Shown here: positions 48,110 to 57,410 of the stretch, piece by piece | Layout: every line of letters begins with the position of its first letter | How positions within the stretch are numbered: the first letter of the stretch is position 1 | Assembly (NCBI RefSeq): GCF_006345805.1 | Contig: NW_021834574.1 | Location: forward strand, 1 to 57,410 | From: Octopus sinensis | Lineage: Eukaryota | Length of the DNA stretch: 57,410 nucleotides | Reading direction: 5' to 3' | The notes under the pieces: generated by a model | What the model was told of the DNA's origin: nothing | What the model saw: only the letters and a program-made list of their open reading frames with translations | The model's database searches: none | Program-made: the position numbers and the translations under genes

Positions 48110-50856
48110 GCATATATATACACGGACAATATACATATACATATATATACATACACACACACACATACGCATGTATATATACACATATATGTATATATAT
48201 ATTTGTATATATATATACATATACACACATACACACACATACATACATACACATACACACACCCATACCCGCACACGCACATATATATATATATATGTGT
48301 GCATACATACACACCAGTGTACATACATACACGCATATATACATACACACGGACCCACGTACACGTATCCACACGCACACACACACACATCTGTGTGTCT
48401 ATACGTGCGTGTGCGCATACACTTACATACACAGACACAGACACACACACATATAGGTATAGATATAAGATATTAAAAGATATATAAAAAAACGTATATA
48501 AGAAATCTACAAACGCATGTAAAAAAACGGACCCACGCACACGTATCTACACGCACACACACACACATCTGTGTGTCTATATGTGCGTGTACACATACAC
48601 TTACATCCACATACACAGACACACACACATATAGGTATAGATATAAGATATTAAAAGATGTATATATAAGAAATCTACAAAGGCATGTAAAAAAATTATT
48701 AAAAAAGTATAACGGGGGGGTACACATATAAACACAGATATTTACTCATACATACGCATACACATATATACATATACATATATACACAGACACACGTATA
48801 ATCATATAGCGGATACATAGATAAATAAATAAGGAAAAAAGCTAAAAATAGACATATATAGAGATATAAAGTGATAAAATAAGGGTAAAAATAGGAGTAA
48901 GAATAAGGGTAAGAATAAGAATTAGAAATAAAAATAAGAAATAAAATAAAATAAAGAATAAAAATAAAAATAAGAATAAAAATAAAATAAAATAAAATAA
49001 AATAAAATAAAAATGTAATCGGGTAAATCTTAACATGAGATGAAGGTAAAAATAAAGGGTGGTTGAAAATGTAAAGTTATAGGTGTGTGTTAAAGGTGAC
49101 CACGTAGGGGCGGGCGGGGTTAACTGAAAATTGGAAGGGTGGGAAGCGGGGTTTGGTGGTGTGCGCTCAACATCAGAGTTAGAAATGGAAAAAGGTATAG
49201 ATATAGGGAAACAAAAAATCTAGATAGGAAGAAGGTAGGTGTAGGAGAAGAAATATATAGGAAAAAACATATATGGGAGACAAAATATGTATATATAGGA
49301 AAATATATATAGGAAAACGGGATGCGCTGGAGCCGACAGGTTGCACTTGGGTGGGAGGAAATTACATGGGGGAGTTGGTATAATAGCCTAAGTTTTGTAG
49401 TATTTGAAAGTATTAATAAGTTTGTGTATACAAGATGGCTTGAACTCTGACCTTTTGTTAATAAGATTGTGTTTCTCCTTAAATTTCAAGATATTCAGGA
49501 GTTCTACACAGCATAGTTGGCATCCTGCTCTATTATTTAAATAAGGTGCAGCTGATCCAATGATGGACCACCTGAGTTTGAAACCTATGCTTTTGTCTTT
49601 TAATTCCCAAATTTTCTTAGAAAGGGAGGTGCCGCGAGCTTTATGTCTATGCTTAAACGAGGACCGGTGGTTGTAGTATCTAGATTTCCAGGAGGCCGAG
49701 CAACCTATGTAGGTGAGTGTGTTAAACTGGGTACTCACCTCACATGAATAGATTACGTTTTTGCCCTACATACACCACGCGGGACACTCGGGTGCACATA
49801 GGCAGTTGCAGTGCACTGCATTCCCGGTCGTGTGCTGTTAGTCCCAGGCGGAGGTGTTGCATTAAGTGTGGGGGCACTATTATCCTCCTGGTTGTTGATG
49901 GGTGTGGTGTTGCCTCTGTTGTGTTGGGGGTGTTATTATTAACTGTTTGGGTATTATGGTTGCCAGCCCGATTATATTGACTACTGTCTGGATGAATGGG
50001 GTTCGATTGGTTGTTATAGCCTGCTCTTAATCTAGCTGTTCTAATGTTAATATAGTTATGCTTAGCTATGAGGCGGCTCATGTTGGGCAGGGTAGAGTAG
50101 GAGATCCTAATGGTTTTGTTGGAGAAGATACTTCTATACTTATAGGTGGGTGGGAAGTTGTTGGAAATGATAGAGAATATTCTCTTACATAATTTACCCC
50201 TAACTGCTATGTTGTATGGTATGTTGTACCATATATATTTGCGTAATGTACTATTTCCGCCTCTATTTCTCCTAATATGATCTATGTTGCTCTCGTCGGA
50301 AGGGTTATCATTGTGTACTATTCTATTGGTTCGCCTTTTTCCTATACGTTGCTTAGAAGTTAAATTAGAAATAGCGTTAGCTTGGGTTGAATACGGTGTT
50401 CGTTTATGAGTGGGGGTTTTACAGCCGAGGACGTTCCTGGGGGGTCTACATAGGATATTCTCTGGGTATACCCAGCACTAGAGAGAGCCTGGTTGTAGTG
50501 TTGTGCGTGATTATTGAATATATCTCTGTTAGAGGATAGCTTAGTGAGTCTGTCTGAGATGGCTTGGACCGTGGTGCTAATTATACAGGGTGGGTGGTTA
50601 GAAGAGGTGTGGATATATTTAGTTGTTTCTTCGGGTTTCCTATACGGGATGTGAAGGTGCTTATTCAAGTCTAACGTAACATCTAGGAAGTTTACTATTT
50701 TTGTGTTAGTCATAAATTCTAGTTTAAGATTGAAGGATTTGAAAAATAGTCTGATCTTTTTCCTAATTCTTTCTAGTTTACTCCTATTGTTAGTGGGGTA
50801 TATGAAGAGAGCGTCATCCCTGTATAGAACCCCCTGTAGATCCGGTACCTCCGGTA
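48110..50856 (-). mobile_element. Penelope-like element (c), copy 1: RT C-terminus, GIY-YIG, long microsatellite-like 3' region
   Basis: [59 protein letters not shown]. Confidence 0.88.
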
Positions 50857-53576
50857 CATATATATATGTATATATATATGTGTATATATATATATGTATA
50901 TATATATACATATACACACATACACACACATACATACATACACATACACACACCCATACCCGCACACGCACATATATATATATATATGTGTGCATACATA
51001 CACACCCACGTGTACATACATACACGCATATATACATACACACGGACCCACGTACACGTATCCACACGCACACACACACACACATCTGTGTGTCTATACG
51101 TGCGTGTGCGCATACACTTACATACACAGACACAGACACACACACATATAGGTATAGATATAAGATATTAAAAGATATATAAAAAAACGTATATAAGAAA
51201 TCTACAAACGCATGTAAAAAAACGGACCCACGCACACGTATCTACACGCACACACACACACATCTGTGTGTCTATATGTGCGTGTACACATACACTTACA
51301 TCCACATACACAGACACACACACATATAGGTATAGATATAAGATATTTAAAGATGTATATATAAGAAATCTACAAAAGCATGTAAAAAAATTATTAAAAA
51401 AGTATAACGGGGGTACACATATAAACACACATATTTACTCATACATACGCATACACATATATACATATACATACATACACAGACACACGTATAAGCATAA
51501 ACGGATACATAGAGAAGTAAATGAGGAAAAAAGCTAAAAATAGACATATATAGAGATATAAAGTGATAAAATAGGGGTAAAAATAGGAGTAAGAATAAGG
51601 GTAAGAATAAGAATTAGAAATAAAAATAAGAAATAAAATATTAAAAATAAAATAAAGAATAAAAATAAAAATAAGAATAAAAATAAAATAAAATAAAATA
51701 AAATAAAATAAAATAAAATAAAATAAAAATGTAATCGGGTAAAGCTTAACATGAGATGAAGGTAAAAATAAAGGGTGGTTGAAAATGTAAAGTTATAGGT
51801 GTGTGTTAAAGGTGACCACGTAGGGGCGGGCGGGGGGAACTGAAAATTGGAAGGGTGGGAAGCGGGGTTTGGTGGTGTGCGCTCAACATCAGAGCTAGAA
51901 ATGGAAAAAGGTATAGATATAGGGAAACAAAAAATCTAGATAGGAAGAAGGTAGGTGTAGGAGAAGAAATATATAGGAAAAAACATATATGGGAGACAAA
52001 ATATGTATATATAGGAAAATATATATAGGAAAACGGGATGCGCTGGAGCCGACAGGTTGCACTTGGGTGGGAGGAAATTGCATGGGGGAGTTGGTATAAT
52101 AGCCTAAGTTTTGTAGTATATTTGAAAGTATTAATAAGTTTGTGTATACAAGATGGCTTGAACTCTGACCTTTTGTAATAAGATTGTGTTTCTCCTTAAA
52201 TTTCAAGATATTCAGGAGTTCTACACAGCATAGTTGGCATCCTGCTCTATTATTTAAATAAGGTGCAGCTGATCCAATGATGGACCACCTGAGTTTGAAA
52301 CCTATGCTTTTGTCTTTTAATTCCCAAATTTTCTTAGAAAGGGAGGTGCCGCGAGCTTTATGTCTATGCTTAAACGAGGACCGGTGGTTGTAGTATCTAG
52401 ATTTCCAGGAGGCCGAGCAACCTATGTAGGTGAGTGTGTTAAACTGGGTACTCACCTCACATGAATAGATTACGTTTTTGCCCTACATACACCACGTAGC
52501 GGACACTCGGGTGCACATAGGCAGTTGCAGTGCACTGCATTTCCCGGTCGTGTGCTGTTAGTCCCAGGCGGAGGTGTTGCATTAAGTGTGGGGGCACTAT
52601 TATCCTCCTGGTTGTTGATGGGTGTGGTGTTGCCTCTGTTGTGTTGGCGGGTGTTATTATTAACTGTTTGGGTATTATGGTTGCCAGCCCGATTATATTG
52701 ACTACTGTCTGGATGAATGGGGTTCGATTGGTTGTTATAGCCTGCTCTTAATCTAGCTGTTCTAATGTTAATATAGTTATGCTTAGCTATGAGGCGGCTC
52801 ATGTTGGGCAGGGTAGAGTAGGAGATCCTAATGGTTTTGTTGGAGAAGATACTTCTATACTTATAGGTGGGTGGGAAGTTGTTGGAAATGATAGAGAAAT
52901 TCTCTTACATAATTTACCCCTAACTGCTATGTTGTATGGTATGTTGTACATATATATTTGCGTAATGTACTATTTCCGCCTCTATTTCTCCTAATATGAT
53001 CTATGTTGCTCTCGTCGGAAGGGTTATCATTGTGTACTATTCTATTGGTTCGCCTTTTTCCTATACGTTGCTTAGAAGTTAAATTAGAAATAGCGTTAGC
53101 TTGGGTTGAATACGGTGTTCGTTTATGAGTGGGGGTTTTACAGCCGAGGACGTTCCTGGGGGGTCTACATAGGATATTCTCTGGGTATACCCAGCACTAG
53201 AGAGAGCCTGGTTGTAGTGTTGTGCGTGATTATTGAATATATCTCTGTTAGAGGATAGCTTAGTTAGTCTGTCTGAGATAGCTTGGACCGTGGTGCTAAT
53301 TATACAGGGTGGGTGGTTGGAAGAGGTGTGGATATATTTAGTTGTTTCTTCGGGTTTCCTATACGGGTGGTGAAGGTGCTTATTCAAGTCTAACGTAACA
53401 TCTAAGAAGTTTACTATTTTTCTGTTAGTCATAAATTCTAGTTTAAGATTGAAGGATTTGAAAAATAGTCTGATCTTTTTCCTAATTCTTTCTAGTTTAC
53501 TCCTATTGTTAGTGGGGTATATGAAGAGAGCGTCATCCCTGTATAGAACCCCCTGTAGATCCGGTACCTCCGGTAC
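50857..53576 (-). mobile_element. Penelope-like element (c), copy 2 (direct tandem, ~2.72-kb unit)
   Basis: Near-identical to 48110-50856, with the same 5' truncation at CCGGTACCTCCGGTAC|(TA)n. Confidence 0.88.
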
Positions 53577-53600
53577 ATATATATATGTATATATATATGT

Positions 53601-53633
<33 letters not shown>

Positions 53634-53988
53634 CATATATATATATACACATATATATATATATAAATATATATATACATATGCATATATATATATACAT
53701 ATACATATAAATATACATATATATATACATATATATATACATATAAATATATATACATATATATATACATATATATATATAATATATATATATACATATA
53801 TATATACATATAAATATATATATACATATACATATATACATATACATATATACATATATATATACATATATATATATATACATATATATATACATATATA
53901 TATAAACATATATACATATATATATTACATATATATATATACATTATATATATACATATATATATATATACATATATTTATATACATA

Positions 53989-54022
<34 letters not shown>

Positions 54023-54027
54023 CATAA

Positions 54028-54061
<34 letters not shown>

Positions 54062-54201
54062 CATATATATATATACACATATATATATATATACACATAT
54101 ATATATACACATATATATACACACATATATATATACACATATATATATATATACATATATACATACATAATATATATACACATATATATATATACATATA
54201 T

Positions 54202-54294
<93 letters not shown>
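53577..54294. repeat. (TA)n microsatellite
   Basis: Direct reading. Confidence 0.97.
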
Positions 54295-54863
54295 GATTTT
54301 GATTTTGATTTGATTTGATTTTCCAGTTTCAGCTAATGAGCTGTGGCCATGCTGGGGCACCGCCATTTGGTTTGCTACACGGTTTTACCTCACGGATGCT
54401 TTTTAGCAAACGCCATCCGATGCATGAGAGAGTTCGATGCAGCTGCCCTCATCTGCGCCTCCTGCCGTGAAGTTGGTTCATCCGGGACACCTGACAGGAA
54501 GAGATCCAGCTTCATTTTAAAGACATCTGCATCCACCCCATGCAGGTCTCTCAGGTTCTTCGGGAGGATATTGAAGAGCTGTGGGCCCTGGAAGCCCAGG
54601 CTATCACAGAATCTTGTCCTACATCTTGATGGCAAGTTTGGAGTCCTTGGTACTACGCAGTGGCGTCCGGTTCTGGCATTTGTGTGACTTTCGATGCTAA
54701 AGTCTGGGACAAGACCTTCCAGGATCTTCCAGATATATATTATGGCATATCTTTCTCGCCTACGCTCCAGGGAATAGAGCTTTAATCTCTTGAGTCTCTC
54801 CCAGTAGCTCATATGCTGCAAAGAGGCTATCTTCTTCGTGTAGCTTCGTTGGATCGCCTCCAG
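54295..54863 (-). mobile_element. 5'-truncated CR1/L2-group LINE of a diverged subfamily with (AAATC/AAAATC)n tail
   Basis: ORF 54390-54821 is the ORF2 C-terminus. The tail reads GATTTTGATTTTGATTTGATTTGATTTT on plus. Confidence 0.9.
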
Positions 54864-54933
54864 ATATATTTATTATATATTTATATATATATATATACAT
54901 ATATATATATACATATATATATTTATATATATA

Positions 54934-54992
<59 letters not shown>

Positions 54993-55143
54993 GTACATAT
55001 ATATATATATATATATATACATATATACATATATATATACATATATAATATACATACATATATATATACATACATATACTATATCATATATATACATACA
55101 TATATATATATACATATGTATATATACATATATATATATACAT

Positions 55144-55174
<31 letters not shown>

Positions 55175-55385
55175 TATATACATATTTATATATATATACA
55201 TATATTATACATATATATATACATATATATATACATTATATATATACATATATATATATATACATATATATATATACATATGTATATATGTATATATACA
55301 TATATATACATATACATATATATATATAATATCATATATATATATATATTACATATATATATATATACATATATATTATTTATAT
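54864..55385. repeat. (TA)n microsatellite
   Basis: Direct reading. Confidence 0.97.
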
Positions 55386-56419
55386 ATAAAAAGATGGCGC
55401 TGAACTAACAACAAGTGTGTTAACGTCTCTCTCCTAAACATTAAGGAAGTCCTTCCAGAGATCGATGTTATCAGAAGCGAAATTGTCTGCAAAGCGAATA
55501 TAAGTGAAAGTACAACAAGTCACTGTATTTGAGAAGAATATTTTCGCTTTTGATATAGTGTTTTGCAACTAGAACATACTCGCGAATACACGTGTTAAAA
55601 CGCACGTGCGTTACTTTCCCGAAATCGAAGTGAATTTTATTCTTCGTCTGTGAATCAACAAGACACAGGATATTTTCGTTTTTGATGTATATCTGCGTGT
55701 TCTGGAAAAAGCCTCTGAAAAATTTGCTGCTTAATACCAAATCGCTTAGGGAAATACAGAAAGTATTCCTCAAACTGTTGCACGTGCTAAATCGAAACTC
55801 AAATCCCCCTTTTGTCTACAAAGTGCGCTTGGGGAATAAAAGGTCTGTCTTGTCTATCTATCTTCCTTTCTCATAAAAAGGAATCGCGTAAGTACTCTCT
55901 CTCAGCCGGTAAGGTAAGGTAAAAAATATTACTTATTTTGTTATCATTAGTGTTCTTTCAAACAGAAAATAATAATATATCTATGTGTATGTATATGTGT
56001 GTGTTAGAAGTATAGCCGCAATTATTTTTAGAAGACATTGTTTTAGCGACGGACAAATGTAGATCTTCTTTTCTCTTTTTCTCTGCTTAAATTCTGTAAA
56101 ATCTCTATGTGTATGTATATGTGTGTGTTAAAAGTATAGTCGCAATTAGTTTTTATTTTAGAATACATTGTCTGTAGCGACAAATACATATTTTCTTTTC
56201 TCTTTTTCTCTGCTTAATTTCTGTAAAATCTCTTGGATTGTTTTCTTTCAGCTATTTCATTATTATTATTATTGTTTCTTTATATACTCACTTGGTACTA
56301 CTGTTTATATATGTGCGTGTGCACACATGTGTATATGTGTGTATGTGTGTGTATGTATACGCGTGTGTGTGTGTGTACAAATAGCTTCGCTTAGAATTCT
56401 CCCCTCTCTCTCTCTCTCT

Positions 56420-56930
56420 GTCTGTCTCTTCAGTTTCTCTCACTCACGCTTCTCCTTGTCTCTTCATAGCTCTCATTCTATCTTACTCCCCTCTTTCAAA
56501 TATATAAATTCTCTCTATATTTCTTCCTTCTCTCCCTATCTCTTCAGTTTCTCTCCCGCTTCTCTTTGTCTCTCCATTACTCTCTTCTGTCTCTTCAGTT
56601 TCTCTCCCGCTTCTCCTTGTCTCTCCATTTCTCTCTTCTAACTTACTCTCCTCTCTCGGATACATATAAGGACATAGACGCTTTCTCTCTCTTCCTTCAG
56701 CTCTCGGTCTCTCCTCTTCCTCTTCTCTCTTACTCTCGGCTCCCAATTTCTCCTTAAGTACATAGACGCTCCCTTTCTCTTCTAACTTACTCTCCTCTCT
56801 CGGATACATATAAGGACATAGACGCTTTCTCTCTCTTCCTTCAGCTCTCAGTCTCTCCTCTTCCTCTTCTCTCTTACTCTCGGCTCCCAATTTCTCCTTA
56901 AGTACATAGACGCTCCCTTTCTCTACTTTC
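56420..56930. repeat. Pyrimidine-rich tandem repeats (short TCTTCAGTTTCTCTC modules and a ~160-bp duplication)
   Basis: CTAACTTACTCTCCTCTCTCGGATACATATAAGGACATAGACG occurs at ~56638 and ~56783. Confidence 0.8.
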
Positions 56931-57082
56931 TCCCTACCCCCTATTGCACTATTAGATTAATATAAATTAATATAATATAATATAATATAATTCCTCCCTT
57001 CCTCACAATCACAATCTCTTCCTCTCTCCTCCCTTCTCCCTTTTTCCCTCACAGCTTCTCTCTCTCTCCCCGCTACAACGGA

Positions 57083-57331
57083 ATGGACAACATGCAAAAA
57101 TTAGAGGTGAATGCAAACACTGGCGTCAACAAAAGCCAGCGTAACTGGACGAAAGTAGAGCTGGAAGTTTTCATCAGAGGATGGAGCTCGGCCGACAGAT
57201 CACAACCAACTAAAAACATAGCGGCGACCCTGAAAAGCCATGGCTTTATGAGGACGTTGGCGCAAGTAGAGAGGAAGAAAAGAGAAGTCGAAAGGGCCTA
57301 CACTCTCATTGCACCACACATGGCTTGCTAA
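57083..57331 (+). CDS. Myb/SANT-like ORF1 N-terminus (type C), probably frameshifted at its end
   Basis: NWTKVELEVFIRGW...ATLKSHGFMRTLAQVERKKREVERAYTLI aligns with AWRPDELDLFVRAW...ALKNNGYKRTAAQMERKRREFVRSYALI. Confidence 0.72.
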   Translation: MDNMQKLEVNANTGVNKSQRNWTKVELEVFIRGWSSADRSQPTKNIAATLKSHGFMRTLAQVERKKREVERAYTLIAPHMAC

Positions 57332-57410
57332 GCCAAGTCCTCAAGGTGGACAAAGACAAAGACAGAGAGATGGAAACAGGAAACACCAACCACAGAGTGT
57401 CAAAAAATGA

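Larger units (their letters stand above)
55390..57410 (+). mobile_element. Probable 5' end of a third (type C) LINE: ~1.7-kb leader + ORF1 start, cut by the window edge
   Basis: Unique sequence starts right after (TA)n with AAGATGGCG and ends in an ORF homologous to ORF1 types A and B. Membership of the leader in the element is inferred. Confidence 0.5.

Noticed and set aside
47080-48540. Apparent 486-aa fusion of a low-complexity N-terminus to PLE RT (likewise 50360-51235 and 53079-53909)
   Set aside because: Chance in-frame junction of microsatellite to a 5'-truncated RT, starting from a non-ATG codon.
56420-56720. Repeated GAAACTGAAGA on the minus strand as hammerhead cores
   Set aside because: Purine-only context, so no stems can form.

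Overview
Eukaryotic, non-genic, repeat-saturated window. I found no host protein-coding gene. The SINE tail, LINE types and extreme (TA)n content suggest an octopus or other coleoid cephalopod (inference from recall, not a search). Contents: (i) six copies of a CR1/L2-group LINE with (AATC)n-type tails, one full length at 37824-42832, plus tandem and divergent ORF1 copies carrying a Myb/SANT-like domain and a CCCH zinc finger; (ii) one near-complete RTE LINE; (iii) three different Penelope-like elements (PLEs, RT followed by GIY-YIG); (iv) a SINE 3' half; (v) long degenerate (TA)n tracts between most elements. Main result: most of the apparently featureless satellites and low-complexity blocks carry hand-foldable type-I hammerhead ribozymes (HHRs). 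There are about 35 copies from 7 otherwise dissimilar sequence families: a 397-bp x18 array, a 490-bp x8 array, a 495-bp x2.2 array, two non-coding inverted-arm elements and two PLEs. Most have a palindromic or near-palindromic stem-III loop, and four families have a mismatched 10.1-11.1 position. Three of the non-coding units show the same divergent inverted-arm layout as the coding PLE at 17281-20530. This suggests a set of non-autonomous retrozyme-like elements mobilised by PLE machinery into (TA)n tracts. All ribozyme calls are manual folds, not covariance-model hits, and activity is untested. Some boundaries are approximate, and many frameshifts could be sequencing indels.
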